Part shown: piece by piece, positions 40,101 through 45,623 of the stretch | How the letters are laid out: every line of letters begins with the position of its first letter | How positions within the stretch are numbered: position 1 is the first letter of the stretch | IMG/VR virus record: IMGVR_UViG_2933953506_000002 | Coordinates: 32,001 to 96,000 of that record | Reading direction: 5' to 3' (one strand) | Origin: a virus | Taxonomy: Duplodnaviria; Caudoviricetes | DNA: 64,000 nucleotides | Notes under the pieces: model-generated | The model's database searches: none | What the model was told of the DNA's origin: nothing | What the model saw: only the letters and a program-made list of their open reading frames with translations | Program-made: the position numbers and the translations under genes

Positions 40101-42219
40101 CTACCGCGTCCGGGGTGTCGAAGACGGCCCCGGCGGTACGCGCAGCCTCTTCCTGGAAGGCGAGGACGGCCGTACACGCCGCCGCGTCGTCCACGGAGCG
40201 ATGCCGCTGTGGCAGCTCGGTGAGCCCCAGTCGGACGGCGAGAGCGGACCGGACGACACCGCCCTCGTGCCGGGCGCCCCGGCTGCGCCGACCCCGAGCC
40301 TGCCGCCGGCCGGTGCTCCGCGGGACCCCAACCCGTCTCCGCAGTCCGACGCCGACCGCATCGTCGCCGACCACCCCCGCGCCGTAGCTGCGCGGATCAT
40401 CGACGCGGCGATTGCGGGCACCGAACCGCCCGGTGACATCCACGCGCTTCGTGAGCAGATCGCCCAGCGCCTCACCGCCGAGGCCCTGCGCGATGCACGT
40501 CAGGCCGCTCGCCAGGACGCCGTGGCCGCGTTGGATGCCGCGGGCATCACCGGCCGCGACCGGTCCGCAGCGCTGCAAGCCCTCAAGAGGGCGCGGCAGA
40601 AGGCGCACACCGCGACGGTGCGCGCCGCCCTGCGCACCATCAACGACCTGGAGCCGCTGCCCGACGAGAGCGACGAGGACCTCGCCGCGCGAGCCCGCGA
40701 CCTCCTCAGCCTCATTCCCGACCAGATGGGAGGCACCCCCAACGGGCTCGACGACGACGGCGATGCAGACGTCGCCCGCACCGTCGCTGGGCACGTCGAC
40801 GACGCCGTGAACGCGATCATGCAGCAGCTCCAGGCCGCGGGCATGGACCCGGGCGACGCCGACCGCATCGCCCGCCTCCTCACTCAGCAGATGAACGGCT
40901 CCCGACAGGCCACCGCCCGGCAGATCGCCCGTCGAGTTACGGCCGTGTCCCCGCAGGCTGGCCGCCAGCCGGGTCTGCTCGCCCGGATCGTGGCCGCGCT
41001 CGTCCGTCTCGCCAAGCGCTTCGCGGAACTTGTGCGGGCCGGAGCCCGGAAGATCGCAGGGAAGTACCGCAGTGCCCGCGAGCGGCTGCGTCGTCTGCGC
41101 GCCTTCCTCGGCCGCCTCGCCCGTCGCGTGCGGGAGTGGCCGGAGTCCCGGCGCCTGGCTCGCCTGCACCGCGCCCTCGACCTGCCCGGAGCCGACGGCG
41201 AGTCCCTGGCCGCCCGGATCTCCCACTGGGCCGGCCTGATGCCGGAGGCCGGACGCTTCGGTCAGGCTCAGCGCCGTGTCACGTGGTGGAGGCCCACGAC
41301 GTGGGCGCAGCTTGCCGCCGGACGACTCCCTGGCCGAAGCGACCGCACCCAGTGGGCCCCGGACCAGGCCGCGGACGCTGGCCCCGGCCTGACCGCGCTC
41401 CGCCACCTGGCAGCGCTGAGGGCGGCCGGCGGCGACGTCGACCAAGACGTGACCCGCCGTCTGGCCGACACTCTCGGCGACGACTTCGGCGGCGACCCTC
41501 ACGGCACGCTGCAGCGCGCGGACGACTACGTGGCGCTCACCGAACGCCGCCTGGTCAACCTCCAGGCCGCGCGGACGGGCGGCACCCTGCCGGATGACCC
41601 CGACCTCGAGGTCGAGATCACTGCGGCTCGGGCCGAAGCCGCGGCCGCGCGCCGAGAGTGGGCGGACCTGCGGGCTCAGTACGCCGCGGCGGTCCCGGAC
41701 GCGGTCGCGGCGACCCTCGCCGAGATCCGCGACATGGGACCTGCGGGGAACGCCGGCATCGTGTTCGGCCCGGACTCCACGCCGGACGCCGAGCGGGCCG
41801 TACGGGGCGTGCAGCGCATCGTGCCTCAGGCGTGGCTCAACACCCCGGCCACGCGCCGACTGACGGCCGTTGACGGCGACGAGGGCCGCTACGAGCCCGA
41901 CGGACAGCGAATCACCGTCGCCGACCTCGCCGACGACGGGCTGGGCACCGCCGGGCACGCCCTAGCGCAGCACCTTGCCCAACACCTGGGAGACCTGGAC
42001 GCCGCCCAGCGCGCGTTCTGGTTCAACCAGACCCACACCGGCCGACCGGGCGCCCGCCGCATGCGGCGCAGCACCCTCAGCCGCATCCTGCGTCGCCAGC
42101 AGACGCAACCGGACACCGGTGACACCCTCGCCCGGTCCGTTCAGTCGATGTTCAATGGCGACTGGTACCTGGATGACGACCTGCGGGCGTTCCTCCTGGG
42201 CCTGCTCGCCACCCGATGA
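25171..42219 (+). CDS. giant (~5,680 aa) polyvalent virion-associated protein with DarB-like adenine methyltransferase plus SNF2/SF2 helicase core
   Basis: WNPALHPRDSKGRF; MTase VLEAGSGAGTFF, GVELDP, AIGNVPF; helicase AHEVGLGKT, VDEAH, ATGTPLSNS, GTGMNAQ, EQRNGRILR; lies between portal and protease; start refined from promoter spacing. Confidence 0.88.
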   Translation: MLNRPTAQAESQDLSRDLEVKVTRRPWNPALHPRDSKGRFIETGGVVRTWGGKLARVIRALPHDRILVQDQTGPDEFRGRRHTTSAKWVSMVARPDGSAPTDDEEKVAEEDERRTQDPRRGNGVARDDDGDPNTPNEPHDQDDKGRPIGADDGDGPDDDDDQDEPEDGAHPVNVDALPNQQHAAGARYADTAAVRRHFMQVAAQPGTSTDMATFLRSVAHDDDLRTTPSGRLLILLDDRPEHAGRWNLTATGSGQRVDAAGTFATAEDAARFAEHLDKTAVNGQLTKFQQPFDFSDPQLDRAAHDWRSTKGENIQGAIQRARTEFDGTPAPAAAPKATTDSPTDGNGQRFSTLQAVRAHWQQRLDQINELGPDSLREQRAARHLEGLIGNDRIKLVGRGQFVVGQDQNGEWYLVATGNGLPLRRRWTSQQEAQAFAQSFTENAPMGDDGKPLDLSDPNVRIATWRSDDNRSISEVIDAAAERFQRDDAAEGGPEATPAPAAAPETPAAPQAPETPEEPQTPALPGNAEPVEGVEGYHYVNDGGSITLYGPDGQVAATSERGYPPKAKIDGVTVPVPQYPKQGAAVMARLHRAAQNPDQRDRITAAWVMKPGKEGKPAKRVMVFRGTIKGDERDYSAVGSTRAIKWAPSLRGYSTQSNMTEATRDERITEVLSKLARQGRNIHVTDETAAGTPNAPANAVDETEALREAIANADDPRLSQMKHERWGMLNSTRSEAKRKRLNSEIEMINEELKRRRQERDEAAARDATSLSDDDIANRIRESQEERGTYGSRRGQEANDVERAIYSERRRRSQALVDDDTDLTTAAEDDLVKARETIAERVRMHQAAGDDPEAERIMRQALQARHDAVVGEQQRRHAQQIADRPPVVDLTDEELSQEYNDLLRRDFRKAPPEAQQVLEGRMEDVKRERRDREKRAITDRDAPENLSDEDLKAEYTELRRTRSSYTGTDDVKAARKERMAVLEAEQNRRSTTPEVEQLVARVDNPDDNGMISIGGGSDYGYVDYRDQTHGHTTREIGWTWGKHSWGHADTAYPSRAAALAAMVQAYDNDPDTRGERTWGRKRPVFVPKMFVELYQNERLRDRLADASEERKYLYSLFRDRYGWDDGVNPLVPSNKKGHHIKGRKLWVPEGLLAELNRVTEELSREMSVRATDRDADSSDRQKAKTRLASINVALHGIEALRESVRKNGGDDDRKVISREEIEAQQAALRAALGGDDDEHVQSDGPGSLADVPAQGVGGDDRSGGVRGDEGQGDRDSDSEGRGGAGADGSGADGVRGAGRPAQADQGGRNGDGPGGSSAGAGARGGDGAGADADGAAPAGDQGPDVRRVARFRPDPADAPKGARARATANVEAIRVLKKVEAENRPATDEERRILARWSGWGSVPILFANEPNEKEPRYQQGGTRYGKFAKDHERWSEYSDIRSELQRVLTPVEFRQASRGVLSMHYTPQPIAEAMWEGLRAFGFERGDVLEAGSGAGTFFGVAPDGARLTGVELDPTTARIAQAIYPHANVLNESFAETDARPGTFDAAIGNVPFARVPFDDKRYPAESLHNGFVTKEIALVRPGGITAVITSRQTLDSKGDKARRQMAKYGDLVGAVRLPSGVFTDAGTGVTTDVLVFRRREDGTEPADTSWLDAPERDINGTAHHINAYFDEHPEHILGTLTTQSGPYGPEVTVKGDPAKAAEQLRAALDDIATKAKADGRGYEPHPDGDNRPPVQLQAAREKHANDWTGRLYEGDDGQLYQHVNGAEPVLLEPADGNTAQLRALMQLRDVAAELRELDRKNDEEERAEALRAQLRDLHAAYVAEYGPLSKPGQHRTKGGRPTAWGYFRADPDAAAVLALERWDANKGEPVLSRVFTERAAARRQPLSSTNDPKAALAAVVAAKGEVDLGEIARLLDVTPQEAVKRLGNEVFTDPETGRLELASAYLSGAVRDKLDAARKAAERDPAYAVNVAALEAVQPPDRTIGQFTPEMGAHWTPPELLQGFLREYLGDRTLRVAHDDRYGWILNTGRVPEANNVMYGVPAVEPDPEKGIKGNKGKNAVEIARAILGFGSLTVYEDDKRKEVDEATSRLIRQKADQMRAEFAKYATANAERLSVLTDSYNRIMNGHIVRSYEGMSPTLEGFTPDRNPHAWQRSGAARMQFERGVILAHEVGLGKTSTLVMGTQALKASGQIEKPMAVVPNHLARQWYNEARFLYPNADIHLITSADLAGDRRGSTLEWLRANRPDLVIFTEEAFGSIKMSPEAQDEYEFRELEALREQLDRQYEDADNPNHPFIVAKIEQRIATVSKNINKNAAPMRRPGETYWDDLGFDYFVVDEAHRYKGVGFRSKEGGGDPASIRGVDLHQKTSDLHRRRQGRATITLATGTPLSNSISEQFTMLMFAAPWVLDAYKAGAPDLWANTFGRKTLRIENAPDGSGLRVVERFSEFHNKRAMKTMWGLVADTKRGDDVGIPRPKLKGGKPNLIMVDATPDQKKRLKGLVARGRAIHNGEVDRHQDNMLAVSNEGTSVALDPRLIDAKAPAGNKLKAVADRHIERYHQNKDRLYPVALDSLVNHPVPGALQMIFLNEGVPGGKNKGNFDAYAELKRLMVAGGIPADKIAFVQDAKKSGKPEDMTELFRKAREGEIAVLIGSSAVAGTGMNAQDRMISLSHVDLDWGAAQMEQRNGRILRYGNLNPEVEIDIYATKGSMDGWKAGFVAAKAEGLVDIQRPEPEDGDSSDVVQEIDGAEFDYETMEAEIGGNPYMSQLMKAKRRLKDLEIDQHNEAAERIRRAEALDALRQEAQATRDGIQRREQALPSIQEADDRFRMTIDGSPYGERSDAGKALHRQITSRLLEHNREGLSDWHILGQFRGLDFGVRTEKTADGKLVAHVGFPDLRHSDFERTVEDLQKKGAGSGMITRLGNALDKAPALQESDRAKVPELDEQIALLQSAHAAADLTPQIDHARKRSNLLEEIVARVTNLDAKPEIDPDELDKERYKNKDDREKIAKGRREEREPLQAAVDEAVANLHRWDEENPAPEQDDTVRLSEDEVREALARLRPEPSTTPQPDAPETSDRSSADADTDVDEPNTDETATPDTTGAGSSDEPLTDTPAAGDTGAQNNGQDQDDVVRLSEDEVNNTLASIQPDADTTATDEPDEPLRYAWDKPEDFVTLTMPAALVNFLNVDETAAMEDPDTRKALKEAKPGRRGTLQVTGPIDVHRALLQWAWTLEGGEGLESDPSDVRAYKAYAKRIEEADADLQRRRAERETAAAADSDENDDAPETDGTNDGGSDEPPADAPSTAEPGDENDDQDQRTAEDSDTVTLTPDEVSDQLDSVRPEGSKAPSSMDDGEIRDEIVDLMGREMADELSGADRTRLQVLEAEEARRAGRAPKQEPKPKRTTEEPGGLFDVDQPTTQQPSSAADVDNPEDQPDDLFGTPDMIADAEGRSTEGLRPARMRNAADLTQGDRYTDADGRTHTVSEPPVKTPRGRTRLVTDDGEERFYNADAQVRLRYPDEEIPDNETDERSADDDADNAPAVDEPETSEPDVDEPAADEPETTADSDRSSTKDRVDRMSGLIDQATDGAGGDELPEVSEIRDALGRAEDSADPDAELRSAADRLDDLAEMYELGGPDGEHAADLFRQAARIARGEDDDDRRGDDNDRSEDDNDAPAATNQDSEEDQDDDAGRLQRDGDGNAADPNGTPDGGGAGAPDAPADDEGDSDSPDDAPDNADDEQNEPDAEDEDEQDDDQERRRRRRRRRNGGGGNGGPGGPGGPGLPRLNLPDLKTPNASGDGGEGDSEDGAAARGRRPAARHRDVASLRRAWKNGDGLTAAEDTPERRAALAQAADRDGLTLSPGSGLVTWPEPQEDGTTLWHFAQARNGNNLPGLSLATDNPEEARALAGRFEQITGSDGQPFDWHRPWGPSTVTQWRDGEGRNLQRALHAVRDDFEQQRAASAQPEPTTEPERRALPDDLTGLDDDELVDAWSNDLSDEDQQRLMAEMDRRDGYTDQRVRDVLPDTPPADAEEAERRAKAVDEALGFGGVDVPRVRRTREDIIRAEFADFDEARYQAAIDATNGYFYARKYKYGSGINERELFSGGELAKFGRWEEYASEELKDWYKANGGRITYNQFRQTYRDNDRRDRQQFEEEQRRQAEVGQTEEPTTPETEPYDPATPRFADEAALRDHIRSGQLDEVPEDQRGDIPSAEERAEIADAESTQLSDGGRLLIYGNEAGRAGSRRGQRFDVALPGSMQPLFRNGFHSAEEARKYASVLDGIKDTDGNAFPWDAPNVAERARAFRTADGNRLFDEITERLYGFNELYEQWNSDRGQALHHRTWSQQEADWNTREEEAGYSIPVDLTDIRPGDEISFPLATSRGQNTRPQDEYVGTVHATVTGEGEPFQYRSQFSAFGNQQLYRFPAEGSWTNQYGEHSEIDEAFPNLGVVRRRPRPDEVSSTGDGRDDRSSRADTPQAETPGTATPPSRRQPAPDRAPAEPEPAVPSAPADEPQGEPEPVGGQPAHWARVRDLVPGDMVRMEGRTRNGRAITRSGYVFTGPVDVEVTRNGRTERMLRTYVTENPDGTGKSGNVFTPLNATAARAEAPDDVVPGSPASGAQSTVQAGSLPDVVPTDRNGRGLFPGSTVTGVDGLRTREGTVTGATNTTVSVRWDNDDTADGLSPNTLTVTGGDRPDGWTSSGQRVTPRHIVTDTEGALLGPVDEVNGDRVTITTAEGTITRSAGDLRVAGEVRDDAPGTDPVTGIDDPAAADLKEDDVVVLDLDGTPTTVAVTGINREGDRVTIDFADTTTGEIGQIDVDASQVIPRAQGADGTPPDLGPDDAPDTPDDLTVHEPPHRVEPVTGPTVDPDLTTGDRDVIGDLADGPDDDPDAQQAAVRITADLPVTPEQAAALAAQLRDSADPSTPEGRAALRAANHLDRAIGRTPPPELNRPRPSNAAQVAEDDTIAIPDNQGNGVRVYRVRGVEDGPGGTRSLFLEGEDGRTRRRVVHGAMPLWQLGEPQSDGESGPDDTALVPGAPAAPTPSLPPAGAPRDPNPSPQSDADRIVADHPRAVAARIIDAAIAGTEPPGDIHALREQIAQRLTAEALRDARQAARQDAVAALDAAGITGRDRSAALQALKRARQKAHTATVRAALRTINDLEPLPDESDEDLAARARDLLSLIPDQMGGTPNGLDDDGDADVARTVAGHVDDAVNAIMQQLQAAGMDPGDADRIARLLTQQMNGSRQATARQIARRVTAVSPQAGRQPGLLARIVAALVRLAKRFAELVRAGARKIAGKYRSARERLRRLRAFLGRLARRVREWPESRRLARLHRALDLPGADGESLAARISHWAGLMPEAGRFGQAQRRVTWWRPTTWAQLAAGRLPGRSDRTQWAPDQAADAGPGLTALRHLAALRAAGGDVDQDVTRRLADTLGDDFGGDPHGTLQRADDYVALTERRLVNLQAARTGGTLPDDPDLEVEITAARAEAAAARREWADLRAQYAAAVPDAVAATLAEIRDMGPAGNAGIVFGPDSTPDAERAVRGVQRIVPQAWLNTPATRRLTAVDGDEGRYEPDGQRITVADLADDGLGTAGHALAQHLAQHLGDLDAAQRAFWFNQTHTGRPGARRMRRSTLSRILRRQQTQPDTGDTLARSVQSMFNGDWYLDDDLRAFLLGLLATR
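28871..29209 (+). CDS. TnpV-like small protein (112 aa) nested in an alternative frame inside the giant ORF
   Basis: GGAGG at 28861, ATG 28871; high-GC3 codons in this frame while the host frame becomes A/T-ending and G/D/R low-complexity; HWRTYRP..W..M.DP..F...EYEEQVGR..Q.R..A. Confidence 0.75.
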   Translation: MTNMFSPMVRDHWRTYRPKEWAAMTDPEAFVETKAREIETQILKAEEALEQTVPEPTEYEEQVGRHKQIRADATAMVLADLLPEPEPGAETAPEQTPMEQHLQEIRDLMYDA

Positions 42220-42229
42220 GGAGGTAGCC

Positions 42230-42499
42230 GTGCCGTTCACTGTCACCGGCGCGTTCGACGACGGGGCGACCTACAGCGTGCAGGTCACCGGGCGGGCCGA
42301 CCGCCCGGTGATCGGGTCGTACCGGGCCAGCGCCCTGGTGGAGCTCCACCAGGGGAGCCCGATCTCCCTGTCCCCGACCGGCCCCGTCCGTACGGTGGCC
42401 GGGGACGATGAAGCGACCGTGCTCGCAGTGCTTCGGGAGTACACCAGGGTCGTCGAGGAGGGGCCTGGCGCTCCCCGGCAGGCCAGTGTTCCCGGGTGA
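42230..42499 (+). CDS. small hypothetical protein immediately downstream of the giant gene
   Basis: GAGGAGG RBS plus GTG 42230. Confidence 0.75.
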   Translation: MPFTVTGAFDDGATYSVQVTGRADRPVIGSYRASALVELHQGSPISLSPTGPVRTVAGDDEATVLAVLREYTRVVEEGPGAPRQASVPG

Positions 42500-42507
42500 T
42501 TCAGGCG

Positions 42508-42537
42508 CTTGTGTAATTGCGCAAGAACGATCTTGGG
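42508..42537. promoter_or_regulatory. 29-30 bp operator, copy 2
   Basis: CTTGTGTAATTGCGCAAG-AACGATCTTGGG. Confidence 0.75.
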
Positions 42538-42594
42538 CCGGGGTGGGGCAGTTGTGGCCGGGACACAAGCGGCCCCGCCCGTCATCCTCCGCCC

Positions 42595-43200
42595 GTGACC
42601 AGATACGGATTCGCCATCAAGGCTCTCCCCAAGGGCGGTAAGCCGTTCGGGGACGAAGAAGACGACGAGCAGCCCGAGGGCACAGAGGAGGAGACGCTCG
42701 AAGGTGACGACCCCTCAGCGGCCTTCGAAGACCCTTCCGCCGACATGGGCCAGGACCCCCTGGCGCCGCCCGAGGACCCGGCCGCGCCGCCAGAGGAACC
42801 AGCCGCCGAACCACCCGCAGAGAGAGCCGAGCCCCCGGCCGAGGGCGAGGAGCCGGTCGACGCACCGGAGCCGCCAGCCGACGACGCCCGGCCGTGGGCC
42901 GGCGACATGTACGACGAGGGAGACGAGACCGACCCGGCCGACTCCTTTTCCGCGTACACCGGCAGCAACGGTGAACAGGCTTGGTTGGACCGGGCCCCAG
43001 ACGGCACACTGACCGGGTGGGTCAGGGACGGTACGGGCCAGGTGTGGCGCTACACCGATCCGGACGCGTGGGCGATCGACGTGGACGGCGCGCACATGAC
43101 CCGCACGCACAGCCAGGCCGACGACCCCTCCGCCCCGCCCGCGGACGCCCCACCCGGCAACCGCGGCGTACAGGACTCGATGTTCCAGCAAGGGAGCTGA
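42595..43200 (+). CDS. acidic Pro-rich phage protein (probably leaderless)
   Basis: GGGACACAAGC...CATCCT promoter motif ending 6 nt before GTG; folded-looking C-terminal part AWLDR..DGTLTGWVRD. Confidence 0.7.
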   Translation: MTRYGFAIKALPKGGKPFGDEEDDEQPEGTEEETLEGDDPSAAFEDPSADMGQDPLAPPEDPAAPPEEPAAEPPAERAEPPAEGEEPVDAPEPPADDARPWAGDMYDEGDETDPADSFSAYTGSNGEQAWLDRAPDGTLTGWVRDGTGQVWRYTDPDAWAIDVDGAHMTRTHSQADDPSAPPADAPPGNRGVQDSMFQQGS

Positions 43201-43201
43201 C

Positions 43202-43411
43202 GTGCAGTTGAACCGCAGCACCGCCCTCGCGCTCCAGCAGGAGGGCAAGGCCGCCTTCGAGGCGGGCGACCCCGCTGACTCCAGCCCGTACAACAGGTTC
43301 GGCAACGCGGAGCAGCAGTTCGGCTATCAGTTCTGGACCCGCGGCTACATCACGGCGCGTTCGACGGCCGAGGGCGCCCAGGAACCTGCAGGAGCCAGCG
43401 CAGGACGTTAG
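43202..43411 (+). CDS. Rmf/CrpP-fold-like small protein
   Basis: EGKAAF.AG.....PY........W.RGY pattern; GGGAG RBS. Confidence 0.6.
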   Translation: MQLNRSTALALQQEGKAAFEAGDPADSSPYNRFGNAEQQFGYQFWTRGYITARSTAEGAQEPAGASAGR

Positions 43412-43470
43412 CCAGACGCGAACGACACGGTGCCCGGCGGCCCACTGTCCACCGCCGGAGGTTCCCCGCC

Positions 43471-45399
43471 GTGCCGAGCGCTCCACCCACCAGATCGTCA
43501 CACCCGAACACCCTGCGAGGCACCAGCCGGGCAATCTACGCCGTCACTGGCGTGGTCGACGAGGTCAACGACCTCATCGTCCCCGGCGCCTTCGCCCACA
43601 CCCTGGCCACCCGTCGCGTCAAGGCTGTATGGCACCACGAATGGAAGGACGCCGTCGGCGTCGTCCTGCACGTGGAGGAGTGGCTACCCGGCGACCCCAG
43701 GTTCGCCGACGTCCCCGACTGGCCCGCCGAGGCCGGCGCGCTGGTCGCAACCGTCGAGTACAACCGGCGCACCAGCAAGGGCCGCGACACCTACGAGCAG
43801 GTCAAGCAGTGGTACGAGCACGGCGAGGCCGCGTTCTCCATCGGCTACCGCGTGCCCGCAGACGGAGCCACCCGCCGCGGTGACGGCGTCCGCGTCATCC
43901 ACCGCCTCGACCTGTTCGAAGTGAGCCCCGTCCTGCACGGCGCGCACCCGATGACCCGGGCGCTCGAGGTCAAGGCCGCGGCCAACCCCGGCATGGAGTA
44001 CAAGGCGACGCCAAACGTCGTCGAACTCGACACAGGGAAAGACGAGGACCGCATCAAGGTCGCCGGACTCGTCCTCAAGGCCGAGGACACCGGCCGCGTC
44101 CTGCTCATCCAGCGCGCACTCGACGACGAGGACCCGGCCGCTGGAACCTGGGAGTTCCCCGGCGGCCACCTGGAGAAGGACGAGGACGCGCTCGCCGCGG
44201 CGCTGCGCGAGTGGCAGGAAGAGACCGGCGCCGAACTCCCCGGATCGGCAAGCGTAGTCGGCTCCTGGACCGCCCCGAACGGCATCTATCGCGGGTTCGT
44301 AGCCATAGTCCCCGGCGAGTCCCACGTACCCCTGAACCAGCCCCCCAGCGAACGACGGGTGACCAACCCTGACGACCCCCAGGGCGAAACGCCAGAGGTC
44401 ACCGCCTGGTGGCCGATCACCGCCCTCCCCGACATGTCCCTGCTCCGCCCCGCCTGCCGTGAGACCCCCTGGTCCCTCCTGGCAGGCGCCACCCTGCCGC
44501 AGGGCCCGGCGGCCAAGAAGCCCAGCGCCGAGGCCGAGCAGTTCGCCGCCGGCGTCATGAACACCTACGCCGCTCTCGGCACCACGGAAGCGAAGTCCGC
44601 GCACGTCGCAGTAGCCGCCGCCCGCTCCGTCCAGCCGCGCATCGAGCACAAGTCCGCCCGCTCCACGGTCGCCGAGGCCAAGAGCCATCCCACGCCCCTC
44701 TCGGAGGCTTCTGTGATGTCCCGCACCCCCCTGCCCGAGTCCCAAGAGCAGTTCCGTGCCCGCCTCTCCGACAGCGTCCGCGAACTCCTCGACCAGGACG
44801 GCCAGACCTGGACGTGCGTCGAAGGCACCTACCCGGACCGCGTCATCGTGTCCGTACACAGCGAGGACGAGCGGCGCAGCAGTTACTACGCCATCCCTTA
44901 CACGGCCGCCACGAATGGCGAGATCAGCCTCGGCACCCCTCAGCCCGTCGAACTCGCCACGGTCGTACTCCCGGAGGGCGCCAGCGCACAACGCACGGCC
45001 ACCGACGCGGAAGACGTCGACGCCCGCGTCGTGCAGCCCACAGTGGAAGCCCTCGCCGACGCCACCGCCCGCATCAACACCACCGAGGCTGACCCGGACC
45101 AACTCACGGGCGTACGGGACAAGGTGCGCACGCTGATCGCCGCCCTGTCCGCGAAGGGCCTCGACGTCGCCGGCGACGCCAGCGAGCCGACGTCCGCCCC
45201 CGCCCGGGACCGCCTGGCCGGCCCCACCGGCATGGACCTGTGGGACGACTACACGTTCGCCGACGACGAGAACGACGAGGTACCCACGGAGGCGGCTCCG
45301 CCGCCCGCCGAGGAGGACGTCGACGCGGAGGACGACCCGGACACGGTCCGGCTGGACGAGGACGAAGTGAAGTCCGTGCTCGCCATGATGCGGAGCTGA
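43471..45399 (+). CDS. HK97-family prohead protease fused to NUDIX hydrolase and scaffold-like tail
   Basis: D.VND.I.PGAF, WHH, FSIGY, LFEVSPV..GA; NUDIX box GGHLEKDEDALAAALREWQEETG. Confidence 0.88.
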   Translation: MPSAPPTRSSHPNTLRGTSRAIYAVTGVVDEVNDLIVPGAFAHTLATRRVKAVWHHEWKDAVGVVLHVEEWLPGDPRFADVPDWPAEAGALVATVEYNRRTSKGRDTYEQVKQWYEHGEAAFSIGYRVPADGATRRGDGVRVIHRLDLFEVSPVLHGAHPMTRALEVKAAANPGMEYKATPNVVELDTGKDEDRIKVAGLVLKAEDTGRVLLIQRALDDEDPAAGTWEFPGGHLEKDEDALAAALREWQEETGAELPGSASVVGSWTAPNGIYRGFVAIVPGESHVPLNQPPSERRVTNPDDPQGETPEVTAWWPITALPDMSLLRPACRETPWSLLAGATLPQGPAAKKPSAEAEQFAAGVMNTYAALGTTEAKSAHVAVAAARSVQPRIEHKSARSTVAEAKSHPTPLSEASVMSRTPLPESQEQFRARLSDSVRELLDQDGQTWTCVEGTYPDRVIVSVHSEDERRSSYYAIPYTAATNGEISLGTPQPVELATVVLPEGASAQRTATDAEDVDARVVQPTVEALADATARINTTEADPDQLTGVRDKVRTLIAALSAKGLDVAGDASEPTSAPARDRLAGPTGMDLWDDYTFADDENDEVPTEAAPPPAEEDVDAEDDPDTVRLDEDEVKSVLAMMRS

Positions 45400-45472
45400 G
45401 TCGCGCGACCCAGCTTCCCCCGCTCTCGGTGCCTTTCCAACGGCATGACGAAAAACCGCAGGTCAAACCTAT

Positions 45473-45508
45473 GCGCTGCCCGCTCTTGACTCCCTGAGCG
45501 GGCAGCGC
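45473..45508 (+). terminator. perfect 13-bp hairpin between protease and capsid genes
   Basis: GCGCTGCCCGCTC-TTGACTCCCT-GAGCGGGCAGCGC; abuts the GCGACGTTAAC motif at 45509. Confidence 0.6.
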
Positions 45509-45623
45509 GCGACGTTAACCCCTCTCTCCCTCTTCACTCCCGCCTCGCGTTGAGGCTGTCCCGGTGCTGGCCGGGCGGAGCGACGCACGTCAACCGCACC
45601 CCAGCACCAGGGAGAGAGCAGCA

